Origin: Bacteroidales bacterium
GTDB taxonomy: Bacteria; Bacteroidota; Bacteroidia; Bacteroidales; G3-4614
Assembly (NCBI GenBank): GCA_017935575.1
Contig: JAGBHI010000064.1
Coordinates: 8,836-72,835, forward strand
DNA: 64,000 bases
Direction of reading: 5' to 3'
Part shown: in pieces, positions 8,714 through 19,597 of the stretch
How the letters are laid out: each line of letters opens with the position of its first letter
Numbering within the stretch: the stretch's first letter is position 1
The notes under the pieces: model-generated
Told to the model about the DNA's origin: nothing
The model's input: the letters and a program-made list of their open reading frames with translations, nothing else
Databases searched by the model: none
Made by a program: the position numbers and the translations under genes

Positions 8714-8727
8714 TTTTTTATAAATCG

Positions 8728-9816
8728 TTATCTATCACTCTCAACAGATGAATAATAAGGTATTCCGTATATTGCATTGCTTATATAGTCAGCCGAAACA
8801 TATGTGTACTGAGGGTTTATGACATAACGCCCTTCAGCATTTATAAAACCATAATAATCGCCTATCTTTACAAGAGCCATATCGTCAACAAAAGGGTAAG
8901 CCTCGTCAAATTGACGCTTAATTGCAATATCTCCATCTTTATCAACATATGCCCACTTGCCTTTTATTAAAACAGGAGCTAAATCTCCTTTATTAAAAGG
9001 TAATATTTTTTCATATTGCGGCGCAACCAACCAGTTTCCGTTTATATCACACCACCCCCATTTTTCATTACTACAAGCCATAAATAGCTCTCCGTCTGTA
9101 ACCATATAATCAAAACGGGGTTCAAGGGCATACTCTCCCATTTTATCAATAATTCCCCATTTATTACCTTGGCAAACAACAGCATGTTCATTTACAAATA
9201 TAGCTGCATCATCAAATTTAGCGGGTAATACAACGGTTCCGGTCTTATCAATATACCCCCATTTACCATCAACGCCTTTAACAGCTGCAACACCTTCGCT
9301 AAAACGTGTAGCATCGTAGTATATAGGATGCACTATCTTTTCGCCCGTTAACGAAGCAAAGCCATAGCGTTTTCTTCTATTTTCAATGGTATAGTATCGA
9401 GCCATACCCTCAAAATATACTTCAACCCAATCAACTTCACGCAATGTAAATTTAAGTTCTCCTTTGTGATTTATTATTCCGGGAGCATCATCGCTACGAA
9501 CAACCCATGCCATATTGTCCTTGAAGACCGTAGCATATTTGTAAACATCGGGTAAAATGATCTCACTATCCTCATCAATATAACCAAAACGGTTATCTTT
9601 CTTTATTAATGCAATATCTTCTCTTATCAAAGATATTTGGTTACAATTTACGGTAAAATAGTATTTATCTTTTTTTGAGATATAGAATATAGAATCTCCG
9701 GCTCCTACCGGGATTTCTTTTACATTATCAATTCTCCACCCTTTACTTGAACAAGCCGGGAATAACAGTGTTATGCAAATTATAACAATTAATACAAAAG
9801 AGAATCTACTACTCAT
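8728..9816 (-). CDS. WG-repeat (KWG) lipoprotein
   Basis: Lipoprotein signal with lipobox LLFPAC. WG repeats recur: KWGYIDKTG, KWGIIDKMG, KWGWCDINGN, KWAYVDKDG, YYGFINAEG. Confidence 0.75.
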   Translation of the reverse strand: MSSRFSFVLIVIICITLLFPACSSKGWRIDNVKEIPVGAGDSIFYISKKDKYYFTVNCNQISLIREDIALIKKDNRFGYIDEDSEIILPDVYKYATVFKDNMAWVVRSDDAPGIINHKGELKFTLREVDWVEVYFEGMARYYTIENRRKRYGFASLTGEKIVHPIYYDATRFSEGVAAVKGVDGKWGYIDKTGTVVLPAKFDDAAIFVNEHAVVCQGNKWGIIDKMGEYALEPRFDYMVTDGELFMACSNEKWGWCDINGNWLVAPQYEKILPFNKGDLAPVLIKGKWAYVDKDGDIAIKRQFDEAYPFVDDMALVKIGDYYGFINAEGRYVINPQYTYVSADYISNAIYGIPYYSSVESDR

Positions 9817-9818
9817 TA

Positions 9819-10757
9819 TTACAATTCATCATCTAATGAATAACTTAAAATATGACGAGTTTTTTTGTCATCATAAATATCTTCTATTGTAATCATCATT
9901 CCGGTCTCCTCAACATCTCCAAACTCATCATTGATTGCTGTACCAAATGTTTTCATTGAAGAAGATAGTGCCATATAAGAACTTACCAAGGGCGGAATAT
10001 TATAACCCATATTCCTAATCTCACTATTAAGGGTTAGATAATCCTTTTTATAATCATTCTTACAGAACAATCCTTCAAAATCATTATCATTCACAGTGGT
10101 ATCTATCGGATTCTCAGGCCAAAATAGATTTTTCTCATCAGAAAGGTATATGCGGGCAAAGTGCATTATCATATTCCTTCCTACTACCGGGAACGATGTG
10201 TACATTGTAAACTTCCCAATGAGGTATTTTGTTTGAGGATTCTGAGCAAAAATTGCGCCCAAACCGTCCCATAAATTGTCTAATGCAAACAACCCTTTAG
10301 CTCCGGCTTTTGATGATTGGTACTCCAATGCAACAAAAGAACGCCCCAACTCAATAGCATATGGGAGATAATTTTTAATAAATTCGGGTGAGAATTTAAA
10401 CATATGCGACATCGCTATACGAGGTGAGCCATCAGGATTCAATCTTATATTTTTACCAAGAATAAAGCGATAGCCTCCTAATATCTCTTCTGCATCAGGA
10501 TCCCACACAAACAACTGCTTACAAGGAGGAGTCATAGTATCAAACTCATCAATATCTAAAGCTTTACCTGTACCTCCACCTCCATTACGAAATGCTATTT
10601 CCCGTAAGCGTCCTATCTCTTGCATGATATAAGGCGATTGTGCAGCCTCTACGACATATATCTGATTATTACATTTCCTTGTATGTCTAATAAAGGTAGC
10701 TTTTTTTAACTCCTCTTTTATCAGAGCTCTGTCTATTTTATCAATAATTTCTTCCAT
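9819..10757 (-). CDS. OlsB/GlsB-type N-acyltransferase (GNAT-like, hemolysin-like family) for amino-acid lipid synthesis
   Basis: 312 aa with OlsB-like features (LREIAFRNGGGGTGKALDIDEFD; ELGRSFVALEYQSS). It is paired with a PlsC-type acyltransferase, as in the Bacteroides glsB/glsA glycine-lipid locus (established knowledge). Orthology is not verified. Confidence 0.65.
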   Translation of the reverse strand: MEEIIDKIDRALIKEELKKATFIRHTRKCNNQIYVVEAAQSPYIMQEIGRLREIAFRNGGGGTGKALDIDEFDTMTPPCKQLFVWDPDAEEILGGYRFILGKNIRLNPDGSPRIAMSHMFKFSPEFIKNYLPYAIELGRSFVALEYQSSKAGAKGLFALDNLWDGLGAIFAQNPQTKYLIGKFTMYTSFPVVGRNMIMHFARIYLSDEKNLFWPENPIDTTVNDNDFEGLFCKNDYKKDYLTLNSEIRNMGYNIPPLVSSYMALSSSMKTFGTAINDEFGDVEETGMMITIEDIYDDKKTRHILSYSLDDEL

Positions 10758-10772
10758 GACAAATGGATATGT

Positions 10773-11594
10773 TTATTTCTTTATCCTGTAAACTAAATTC
10801 TTTACATACTGAGCCCACTCCTTAGGACTCTTTGATGAGTCAAAAGTTTGCCAAGGTATAGGCTTCCCAAAATATATTCCAAATTTTTTACCTCGAGCCT
10901 TAAACATCTCGTCAGGTAAATATATTAACTCAATATTGAATTTTATACCTAATTTCTCACGTAATAACGCAAAATTATAGAAAAAATTTGAGTTTCTTCC
11001 ATCAAAATATACAGGTATTATATCGCGCTGTTGCGAAACTGCATTTGAAACAAACCATTTCTTCCATTGCAAATCTTTAATTTCTCCCTTTTGCTTGCGT
11101 GAACACATACCTGCAGGGAATACCAAAATTTGGTTATCACTCTCAAAAACTTCGTCAAGATTCTTTGCCAAACTCTTTGATTGTTTCCCATAAGAATTTA
11201 CAGGAATAAAACATGGAGCAAGAGGCTTCAGATTCATTAACAAGTCATTAACTTGAGCCTTAATCTTGCCATCAAATATTTTTCCCAATTCTGTCAAAAG
11301 GAGTATCCCGTCCATCGCTCCAAGTGGGTGATTAGAGACAAATATAAATTTCTTGTCTTTTGGAATATTCTCTATACCATATACATCACATTCAATATCA
11401 AAATAAGATTTAACTCCTGTGGCAAATTCTAATCCTTGCAAATGGGAAGATTGCCTCATGAACGAGTTTATCTCATCTTGATGAATTGTTCGTTTTAGAT
11501 AATTCATAACAAATTTCGGAAGACCCTTTCCTCTGCGAAATTTGCTCTTTACAACCTTATCTAAATCAATTTGTATAGGTTCATTCTGCTCCAT
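10773..11594 (-). CDS. Lysophospholipid (PlsC-family) O-acyltransferase, GlsA-like
   Basis: Acyltransferase HX4D box SNHPLGAMDG and FPAGMCSRK. The ATG at 11594 (MEQNEPIQIDLDK) is preferred over the ORF-track start at 11687, which adds an atypical N-terminus. Confidence 0.65.
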   Translation of the reverse strand: MEQNEPIQIDLDKVVKSKFRRGKGLPKFVMNYLKRTIHQDEINSFMRQSSHLQGLEFATGVKSYFDIECDVYGIENIPKDKKFIFVSNHPLGAMDGILLLTELGKIFDGKIKAQVNDLLMNLKPLAPCFIPVNSYGKQSKSLAKNLDEVFESDNQILVFPAGMCSRKQKGEIKDLQWKKWFVSNAVSQQRDIIPVYFDGRNSNFFYNFALLREKLGIKFNIELIYLPDEMFKARGKKFGIYFGKPIPWQTFDSSKSPKEWAQYVKNLVYRIKK

Positions 11595-11963
11595 AAAACT
11601 ATAACAAGCGTATTCAGCTATAAAATAGCTATTTACTCTGTATTTATAAAAAACATTTGTACTTATAAGCCACAAAAGAGCAAACAAAGTTACTATTTTT
11701 ATCTATTTATTAAAAATTTATGTCTATTTTTATTTAAAAAGTTGAAAAAAAAGTCTGAAATTTCCTTTTTTATAATTGTTTATTTTTACATAATTCCCTT
11801 CTTATGTGAAATTTATTTTTGTCAATAATTATCTCATATATATCCTAAAAATAAAAGATTAAAATTGTTGATAAGTTTGATATTTTTTATATATGTATAA
11901 TTGATATTTTTTTCTATCTTTATCGGCTAAATTAGGAGATTTATAATCTAAACATAAACTTAA

Positions 11964-12872
11964 ATGCAAGAGGCTGTATATCACATACCTGCGTTGTTTG
12001 AAGAATGCCTTGAAGGACTAAATATCAAAAGGGACGGGACTTATGTTGACGTTACTTTTGGAGGAGGTGGTCACTCTAAAGGAATAATTGCCAACTTGGG
12101 CGAAGGAGGAAGATTGTTCTCTTTTGACCAAGATGAAGATGCAAAAAGAAATTTAATTGATGATGACAGATTTACTTTTGTAAAAAGCAATTTCCGATTC
12201 TTAAAAAATTTTATGAAATATCATAAGGTTGAACAAATTGATGGTCTTATTGCCGATTTAGGTGTATCATTTCATCATTTTGATGAGGCCGACAGAGGTT
12301 TCTCATTCAGATTTGACGGCAAACTTGACATGAGAATGAATCAGCAGGGTGGAGCATCTGCCGCAGATATTCTAAACAAATACTCAGAAGAAAAACTTGC
12401 AGATATTTTTTACTATTACGGAGAGATGCGTAATGCCAGAAAAATTGCATCAGCAATAGTAAAAAAAAGAGGTATTAACAAAATAGAGACAACCTCAGAT
12501 TTGCTCACAATAGTAAAAGGGTTTATCAATCCCAAACAAGAGAAGAAAGAACTTGCTCAAATTTTTCAAGCATTACGCATAGAGGTAAATGATGAAATGG
12601 CAAGTTTAAAGAGTATGCTAAAACAGAGTACAGAGTTATTAAAAGCAGGTGGAAGAATAGTAATTTTAACATACCACTCATTAGAAGACAGGATTGTTAA
12701 AGATTATTTTAAATACGGTAATTTTGAAGGTAAAGCAGAGAAAGACTTTTTTGGTCGTTTAACAGCTCCGCTAAAACTTGTAAACAACAAAGTAATAGTT
12801 CCAACAGAAGATGAGATTGAGCGTAATCCTCGTTCCCGCTCTGCCAAATTAAGGATTGCAGAAAAGATATAA
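11964..12872 (+). CDS. rsmH: 16S rRNA (cytosine1402-N4)-methyltransferase
   Basis: SAM-binding motif DVTFGGGGHS, and first position in the dcw cluster. Confidence 0.95.
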   Translation: MQEAVYHIPALFEECLEGLNIKRDGTYVDVTFGGGGHSKGIIANLGEGGRLFSFDQDEDAKRNLIDDDRFTFVKSNFRFLKNFMKYHKVEQIDGLIADLGVSFHHFDEADRGFSFRFDGKLDMRMNQQGGASAADILNKYSEEKLADIFYYYGEMRNARKIASAIVKKRGINKIETTSDLLTIVKGFINPKQEKKELAQIFQALRIEVNDEMASLKSMLKQSTELLKAGGRIVILTYHSLEDRIVKDYFKYGNFEGKAEKDFFGRLTAPLKLVNNKVIVPTEDEIERNPRSRSAKLRIAEKI

Positions 12873-12900
12873 TAATCTTGGATTCATAAAAGGTATTACA

Positions 12901-13356
12901 ATGCAAGAAGAGACAACAGACATAACCAATAATGAAGAGACAACAAATTCGCCACAAATAGAGAATAATAAAGAGGTTGTTTCTCAGAAAAAAAGCTTTT
13001 GGGGAGTGGTAAAGAGAATTTTAAAAGCTTTAAACCCTAAAAATCTTTTTCTTGGGCGTATAATATCGGTTGACTTTATTATACGTTATTGGAAAACTAT
13101 ACTTACAATCTTGTTTATAATGCTTTTTTATATATCAAACAGATACACATGTCAGCAAAGTGTTGCAAAAATTACAATGCTACATCGTGAAGTAGAAGAG
13201 ATTGGATATATCTCACTTGATATGTTTACACTATTAAAAAACCAACAACGAGAAGACTCAATAATAAAAAAGATTGAACAATTTAATTTAGATTTGAAAT
13301 TCCCTGAACAACCGCCATATGTAGTTAAAGAGGATAATAATCATGGAAAAGAGTAA
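12901..13356 (+). CDS. FtsL-like cell division protein (Bacteroidota type)
   Basis: Positioned between rsmH and ftsI, with a single TM helix (WKTILTILFIMLFYISN). The ATG at 12901 avoids overlap with rsmH, whereas the ORF-track start at 12856 overlaps it. Confidence 0.6.
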   Translation: MQEETTDITNNEETTNSPQIENNKEVVSQKKSFWGVVKRILKALNPKNLFLGRIISVDFIIRYWKTILTILFIMLFYISNRYTCQQSVAKITMLHREVEEIGYISLDMFTLLKNQQREDSIIKKIEQFNLDLKFPEQPPYVVKEDNNHGKE

Positions 13357-15475
13357 ACAATATAAAATCTTATTTCGATATTTTGGCATATCAGCCTTTA
13401 TCCTAATCTTATGCTGTTTAGTCATAGGCAAGATGATTATTGTCTCAACTATTGAGAATAAACACTGGGAAGAAAAAGCAGCAAAACTTAAACGTTGCAA
13501 TGTTGAAATTGCCCCGTTAAGAGGAAATATATTATCTGCAAACGATGAAATTTTAGCAAGTACAGTACCTCAATATCAACTATTTTTTGATTTTAGAACA
13601 GAAGGAATAAAAGCTGACACTCTCTATAAATATGTTAAGCCCTTAGCAAAAGCATTATCGTTAAAGTTGAAAGATAAAAAGGCTGAAACATACGAAAAAG
13701 ATATTTTAAAAGCATACAAAAACAAAAAAGGACGTTTTCGCATAAGCAATATATGGGTATCATATCTTGACTATCAAGAGATAAAAGAGTTCCCATACAT
13801 CAATAAAGGGGTAAATAAAAGTGGCTTTTTTGTAGAAAAAAGAATTATTAGGAAGAAACCTTTCGGAGCTGTTGCATCACGCACCATAGGAAAACTTGAC
13901 GACACTATTGGTGTGTACGGAATAGAACAAGCCTACAATACTGAACTTAAAGGCACTCCCGGTGTTGCCGATTTGGAAAAGATACGAAGGGTAATGGTTG
14001 AACGTACAAAAATAGAGGCAATACCCGGGCAAGATATCAGGACCACAATAGATGTTCAAATTCAAAGCATCACAGAACAAGCACTCCTAAATAAACTCAA
14101 AGAGGTTGATGCCGATGTAGGAGCTGCGATTGTAATGGAAGTTGCAACAGGAGAGGTACGAGCAATAGCAAACTATCAGAGAAAAAATCAAGGGAAATAT
14201 GTTGAAGCTCGCAATAATGCAATAGCCGATATGGTTGAGCCCGGTTCTACATTTAAGACTGTTGCCGTTATGGCTGTCTTAGATGAAGGAATTGCCACAT
14301 CAGAAGAGATATTTGATACCGGTAATGGAGTTTACCCATACACAAAAGGAAAACATACTCGATATATAAACGACTGGAATAAACATAGGGGAGGTTACGG
14401 CCCCATAACATTAGCACAAGCAATACATTACTCATCAAATATAGGTATTGCAAAAGCAGTTTTAAAAGGGTATGAGAATAACCAAAAAGGATTTATTGAG
14501 AAACTTAAGGAGATGGGAGTATGCGACTCTGTAGATCTTAAAATGGCAGGTCAAGCATATCCCAAAATACCGCACCCCGACACATTCAGAGGGTGGAACT
14601 TTACAACACTACCATGGATGAGTTTTGGATATAATGTGCAAATTCCGCCAATATATACGCTTATGTTCTATAATGCCATAGCAAACAACGGAAAGATGTT
14701 GGCTCCAATATTTGTATCTGACATAATCAAAAACGGAGAAGTTGTTAAACATATTGACGCAAAAGTTGTCAGGGAACAAATATGTAAACCTCAAACGCTA
14801 AAAGAGGTTCGTAAAATGTTAACAGGGGTTGTAAAATCTGGTACTGCCAAAAATCTGCTATCACCATATGTAACTATTGCCGGCAAAACAGGAACAGCTC
14901 AAATGTCTCAAGGTGGCGCAGGTTATAAAAGCGGAGAGACAACACACAGAGTATCATTTTGTGGATATTTCCCTGATAACGAAAATCCAAAATACTCATG
15001 CATAGTTGTGGTTACACGTCCACGAGGAGTATATCCCTCAGCAGGTGCAATATCAGGAGAAGTAGTAAAGAAAATAGCAGAGCAGATGTATGCTCAAGGG
15101 TACTTAGGACTAAAACCCCCATACAATACCGATTCTATCCACTCACTTCTACCCGATATAAAGAGAGGGTTGGCTAAATCTACTATATCGGCATGCGACT
15201 CGTTACTAATTCCATACGATGGGGATTATATAACAGAGGATATAAATTGCTTGCAATCAAACGTATCCAATAATAAAATTGATTTTGTTGTAGAACAAAA
15301 CGACTCTATCGGTCTCCCATCGGTTATAGGAATGGGATTAAAAGATGCCCTATACACATTGGAGAGGTTAGGATTAACAGTATATGTCAAAGGCAAAGGA
15401 GTTGTAACAGAACAAGACCCTGTGGCATATTCAAAATATGAAAAAGGAGATAAGGTGATAATTAATTTACAATAA
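13343..15475 (+). CDS. ftsI: Penicillin-binding protein 3-type transpeptidase with C-terminal PASTA domain
   Basis: Motifs SxxK (STFK), SxN (SSN) and KTG (KTGTA), plus an N-terminal TM anchor. The C-terminal PASTA-like segment is LPSVIGMGLKDALYTLERLGLTVYVKGKG. Confidence 0.9.
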   Translation: MEKSKQYKILFRYFGISAFILILCCLVIGKMIIVSTIENKHWEEKAAKLKRCNVEIAPLRGNILSANDEILASTVPQYQLFFDFRTEGIKADTLYKYVKPLAKALSLKLKDKKAETYEKDILKAYKNKKGRFRISNIWVSYLDYQEIKEFPYINKGVNKSGFFVEKRIIRKKPFGAVASRTIGKLDDTIGVYGIEQAYNTELKGTPGVADLEKIRRVMVERTKIEAIPGQDIRTTIDVQIQSITEQALLNKLKEVDADVGAAIVMEVATGEVRAIANYQRKNQGKYVEARNNAIADMVEPGSTFKTVAVMAVLDEGIATSEEIFDTGNGVYPYTKGKHTRYINDWNKHRGGYGPITLAQAIHYSSNIGIAKAVLKGYENNQKGFIEKLKEMGVCDSVDLKMAGQAYPKIPHPDTFRGWNFTTLPWMSFGYNVQIPPIYTLMFYNAIANNGKMLAPIFVSDIIKNGEVVKHIDAKVVREQICKPQTLKEVRKMLTGVVKSGTAKNLLSPYVTIAGKTGTAQMSQGGAGYKSGETTHRVSFCGYFPDNENPKYSCIVVVTRPRGVYPSAGAISGEVVKKIAEQMYAQGYLGLKPPYNTDSIHSLLPDIKRGLAKSTISACDSLLIPYDGDYITEDINCLQSNVSNNKIDFVVEQNDSIGLPSVIGMGLKDALYTLERLGLTVYVKGKGVVTEQDPVAYSKYEKGDKVIINLQ

Positions 15476-15481
15476 AAGATT

Positions 15482-16939
15482 ATGAAAAATTTATCTGAAC
15501 TCTTGGAGAAGATTAAAATCCTTGAGATTTACGGAGAGAAGGAGTGCGAAATTTTAGGCATAGACTCAGACTCACGTAATATAAAACCAAAATATATGTT
15601 TATTGCGGTAAAAGGTACAGCCGTTGATGGACACAAATATATTGACAAAGCTATTGAACTTGGAGCAACCGCCATAGTATGTGAAGATTTGCCAGAAAAT
15701 AGAGTTGATGGAGTAACGTATATCCACACATCAGATAGCCATAAGACATTGGGAGAATTAGCCTCAGCATGGTTTAACTATCCATCTTCAAAACTTAAAC
15801 TTGTTGGAGTTACCGGAACAAATGGAAAAACTACAATAGCAACTCTGCTATATAAAATGTTTAAGATGTTTGGGGAGAAGGTTGGGTTACTATCAACAGT
15901 ATGCAACTATATAGGCGATAATGCAATATCATCAACACATACAACACCTGATCCCATATCGTTAAATTCACTTTTAAGCCAAATGGTAGATGAAGGTTGC
16001 ACATACGCATTTATGGAGGTAAGTTCTCACTCAGCCGACCAAAAGAGAATTGCAGGGCTTGAATTTGATGGGGGTATATTTACCAACCTAACCCGTGACC
16101 ATATGGATTACCATAAAACCGTTGACGCATATTTAAAAGCCAAAAAAAGTTTTTTTGACTCACTCAATAAAAGTGCTTTTGCTCTAACCAATGGCGATGA
16201 TAAGAACGGAATGGTAATGCTTCAAAACTGCAAAGCAAAAAAGAGTTCCTACTCATTACAATCAATAGCAGAGTTCAAAGGTAAGATAATTGAGAGTCGC
16301 ATTGATGGAACAACACTTCAAATAAATGGCAAAGAGGTGGAGACTCTATTTGTTGGTAAGTTCAATGCCTATAACCTGTTGGCTGTTTATGGAGCAACAT
16401 GCTTATTAGGCAAAAATCCCGAAGAAGTTTTAACCATTTTATCGGCTCTAATACCTGTATCAGGACGTTTTCAGACTCTATCAAAAGGAGGAATTACAGC
16501 AATTGTTGATTATGCGCATACCCCTGATGCAATAACAAATGTTTTACAATCAATTAATGAAGTAATCAGAAATAAAGGAAACATCATATCAGTTATTGGA
16601 GCAGGAGGTAACAGAGATAAAGGGAAACGCCCTATAATGGCACAAGAGGCAGCAAAATTATCATCGCAACTCATATTGACATCAGATAATCCAAGAGACG
16701 AAGAACCCGAACAGATAATCTCAGAAATGAAAGAGGGATTATCAGCAGTTCAAGCCAAAAAGGCTATCTCTATAACAGACCGCCGAGAAGCAATACGACT
16801 TGCAATACGACTTGCAAAGCCGGGAGATGTAGTGTTGGTTGCAGGGAAAGGACACGAAGATTATCAAGAAATCAAAGGGGTGAAATACCATTTTGATGAC
16901 AGAGAAGAGATTGAAAATGCATTTGAAGAATTAATATAA
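15482..16939 (+). CDS. murE: UDP-N-acetylmuramoyl-L-alanyl-D-glutamate--2,6-diaminopimelate ligase
   Basis: P-loop [10 protein letters not shown] and the DNPR motif (TSDNPRDE), which is characteristic of meso-DAP-adding MurE. Confidence 0.95.
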   Translation: MKNLSELLEKIKILEIYGEKECEILGIDSDSRNIKPKYMFIAVKGTAVDGHKYIDKAIELGATAIVCEDLPENRVDGVTYIHTSDSHKTLGELASAWFNYPSSKLKLVGVTGTNGKTTIATLLYKMFKMFGEKVGLLSTVCNYIGDNAISSTHTTPDPISLNSLLSQMVDEGCTYAFMEVSSHSADQKRIAGLEFDGGIFTNLTRDHMDYHKTVDAYLKAKKSFFDSLNKSAFALTNGDDKNGMVMLQNCKAKKSSYSLQSIAEFKGKIIESRIDGTTLQINGKEVETLFVGKFNAYNLLAVYGATCLLGKNPEEVLTILSALIPVSGRFQTLSKGGITAIVDYAHTPDAITNVLQSINEVIRNKGNIISVIGAGGNRDKGKRPIMAQEAAKLSSQLILTSDNPRDEEPEQIISEMKEGLSAVQAKKAISITDRREAIRLAIRLAKPGDVVLVAGKGHEDYQEIKGVKYHFDDREEIENAFEELI

Positions 16940-16949
16940 ATCTGCTAAT

Positions 16950-18236
16950 ATGTTATACGATTTTTTTAACTACCTAAACTCTATTGATATACCGGGAGCA
17001 GGAATGTTCCAATATATATCTGTTCGTGCAGCAGCAGCCCTTATTCTCTCTCTGTTCTTTGCAATGGTCATTGGTCGAAAGATAATAAACATGCTACAAA
17101 AGATGCAAATTGGAGAGACAATCCGCGACTTGTCTCTTGAGGGACAATTTGCAAAAAAAGGGACTCCGACAATGGGAGGTATAATCATAATAATCTCAAT
17201 ATTGATACCCTGCCTCCTTGTAGGGCGATTAAATAACATATATATGATCCTAATGATTATCACTACAATATGGTTAGGAATATTGGGATTTGCCGATGAT
17301 TATATAAAAGTTATCAAAAAAGATAAAGAGGGAATGAAAGGTAAATTTAAGATTATAGGGCAAGTAGGACTTGGTCTAATAGTTGGATTGACCCTCTATC
17401 TATCGCCCGATGTTGTTCTTAGAGAAAAAGTTATAAATCAGAACGAGGTTGTCGCAACTCAGATTAATTCAGATAACAGTAACGAAAATAATGCAACAAC
17501 AATTAATTATGTAAAATCAACAAAAACCACTATTCCATTTGTAAAAGGTCATAATTTTGACTATGCCGATCTAATCCCATTCGCAGGTAAACATTCCCAA
17601 ACAGTTGGGTGGATAATTTTTGTTATCGTAAGCATTTTGGTCGTTACTGCAGTATCAAATGGAGCTAATCTAACTGACGGACTTGATGGACTCTCAGCAG
17701 GAATAACAGCCATTATTGGTATAACATTGGGAATATTTGCATACCTATCGGGGCACGTTGTATATGCTCAATATTTAAATATCATGTATATACCCGGCTC
17801 AGAAGAATTAGTAGTTTTTATTAGCGCATTTGCTGGAGCATTAATAGGATTCTTATGGTATAATACATATCCTGCCCAAGTATTTATGGGAGATACCGGC
17901 AGTTTGACAATAGGAGGAATTGTAGCCGTATTAGCAATAATCCTACGTAAAGAGCTTCTATTACCATTGTTGTGCGGTATCTTCTTAGTAGAGAGCTTAA
18001 GCGTAATATTACAAACTACATATTTTCGCTACACAAAGAAAAAATATGGAGAAGGGCGCAGAATATTTAAAATGACACCATTGCACCACCATTTTCAAAA
18101 AGATGGCGATGGTTCAATAAACGCACATATTCAATGGCCTGCAAATAAAATGCCCGAATCACGTATTACATTCAGATTTTGGATTATAAGCATATTATTG
18201 GCTGTACTAACAATTGTAACATTAAAAATCAGATAA
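16950..18236 (+). CDS. mraY: Phospho-N-acetylmuramoyl-pentapeptide transferase
   Basis: Motifs [23 protein letters not shown] and HHHF. The protein is multi-TM and has a lineage-typical insertion (residues ~150-215). Confidence 0.95.
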   Translation: MLYDFFNYLNSIDIPGAGMFQYISVRAAAALILSLFFAMVIGRKIINMLQKMQIGETIRDLSLEGQFAKKGTPTMGGIIIIISILIPCLLVGRLNNIYMILMIITTIWLGILGFADDYIKVIKKDKEGMKGKFKIIGQVGLGLIVGLTLYLSPDVVLREKVINQNEVVATQINSDNSNENNATTINYVKSTKTTIPFVKGHNFDYADLIPFAGKHSQTVGWIIFVIVSILVVTAVSNGANLTDGLDGLSAGITAIIGITLGIFAYLSGHVVYAQYLNIMYIPGSEELVVFISAFAGALIGFLWYNTYPAQVFMGDTGSLTIGGIVAVLAIILRKELLLPLLCGIFLVESLSVILQTTYFRYTKKKYGEGRRIFKMTPLHHHFQKDGDGSINAHIQWPANKMPESRITFRFWIISILLAVLTIVTLKIR

Positions 18237-19573
18237 TGGCAAAGAGAGTTGTTATATTGGGTGCCGGTGAAAGCGGAGCAGGAGCTGCCGTATTGGCGAA
18301 AGTAAAAGGATTTGATGTCTTTGTATCAGACAAGTCTCCAATAAAAGAGAATTACCGACTACTTCTTGATGAATATAATATAGAGTGGGAGAGTGGCGAA
18401 CACACTCTTGACAAAATATTAAATGCCGACGAAGTTATAAAAAGCCCGGGAATTCCCGATACGGTTCCCGTTATGAAGGCTGTTATTGAAAAAGGTATTA
18501 ATGTAGTATCTGAAATAGAGTTTGCCGGCCGATACACAAATGCCAAAATGATATGTATCACAGGAAGTAATGGAAAAACAACCACAACACTTTTAACATA
18601 TCATATACTTAAAAGTGCTGGTTTAAATGTTGGTTTGGCAGGAAATGTAGGAAAAAGTTTGGCATTACAAGTAGCCACTGAAAATTTTGATTACTATGTC
18701 ATAGAACTTAGTAGTTTTCAGTTGGACAACATGTATGACTTTAAAGCAAATATTGCCGTTTTGTTAAATATAACTCCCGATCACCTTGACCGATATGGAT
18801 ATGAGATGCAGAATTATGTAGATGCTAAGTTTCGTATAACCCAAAACCAAACTGAAGGCGATGCGTTCATATTCTGGAATGACGACCCAATAATCACAGA
18901 ACAACTCAGCAAATATAAATTAAAATCAAAATTGTATCCTTTTGCCGAACAACATTCAAAAGGAGTAGTTGCATATAAAGAGGGAGACAAAATAATTATT
19001 GGCGATAAAAATGGTGAGTTTACTCTTGACGAAGACGATTTAGCATTAGAAGGGCGACACAATCTATTTAACTCAATGGCTGCGTCAATATCGGCAAAAG
19101 TCCTTGAAATTAAAAAAGAGGAATTACGTGCAGCCTTAAGTGGCTTTAAAGGAGTTGAGCATCGCCTTGAGAAAGCAGGAAGAGTAAGAGGAGTTGAATT
19201 TATAAACGATTCTAAAGCAACCAATGTCAACTCATGCTGGTATGCTCTTGAAAGTATGAAAACCCCAGTTGTATTAATTATCGGAGGTAAAGACAAAGGA
19301 AATGATTACACTGAAATAGAACAACTCGTAAAAGATAAAGTCAAAGGTTTGGTTTGCTTAGGAGTGGACAACAGCAAACTCCATAATTTTTTCGATTACA
19401 TGGGGAAAGAGATGGCAGATGCTCTATCTATGAAAGAGGCTGTTGAAAAAGCATTCTCTATGGCACAACCCGGAGATACAGTTTTACTATCTCCCTGCTG
19501 TGCAAGTTTTGACCTCTTCAACAGTTATGAGGACCGTGGCGAACAATTTAAAAAATGCGTAAAAGAGATTTAG
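18236..19573 (+). CDS. murD: UDP-N-acetylmuramoylalanine--D-glutamate ligase
   Basis: The ATG at 18236 overlaps the mraY stop (TAATG). [18 protein letters not shown] is a Rossmann-type N-terminus, and the P-loop is ITGSNGKTTT. Confidence 0.93.
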   Translation: MAKRVVILGAGESGAGAAVLAKVKGFDVFVSDKSPIKENYRLLLDEYNIEWESGEHTLDKILNADEVIKSPGIPDTVPVMKAVIEKGINVVSEIEFAGRYTNAKMICITGSNGKTTTTLLTYHILKSAGLNVGLAGNVGKSLALQVATENFDYYVIELSSFQLDNMYDFKANIAVLLNITPDHLDRYGYEMQNYVDAKFRITQNQTEGDAFIFWNDDPIITEQLSKYKLKSKLYPFAEQHSKGVVAYKEGDKIIIGDKNGEFTLDEDDLALEGRHNLFNSMAASISAKVLEIKKEELRAALSGFKGVEHRLEKAGRVRGVEFINDSKATNVNSCWYALESMKTPVVLIIGGKDKGNDYTEIEQLVKDKVKGLVCLGVDNSKLHNFFDYMGKEMADALSMKEAVEKAFSMAQPGDTVLLSPCCASFDLFNSYEDRGEQFKKCVKEI

Positions 19574-19597
19574 CAAAAAATATTCATTGCCTTAAAT

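Noticed and set aside
11571-11828. 85-aa + strand ORF in the AT-rich region upstream of rsmH, considered as a degenerate mraZ
   Set aside because: Its sequence is Phe/Ile/Lys/Tyr low complexity produced by AT-rich DNA. It has no SpoVT/AbrB-like MraZ motifs, and it overlaps the acyltransferase gene 5' end.
17400-17640. ~65-aa Asn/Thr-rich insertion in MraY, considered as a possible mobile insertion or frameshift artefact
   Set aside because: The reading frame is continuous and the flanking MraY motifs are intact. Such periplasmic-loop insertions are lineage-typical in Bacteroidota MraY, from recalled knowledge that I have not verified.
18814-19296. 160-aa ORF antisense to murD. Similar cases occur at 20744-21217 (opposite ftsW/murG), 27428-27835 (opposite serS), 41453-41848 (opposite mutS) and 57214-57720 (opposite the SpmA/B gene).
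   Set aside because: All are embedded in well-supported genes on the other strand. None has a recognisable domain, and none has independent promoter or terminator signals.
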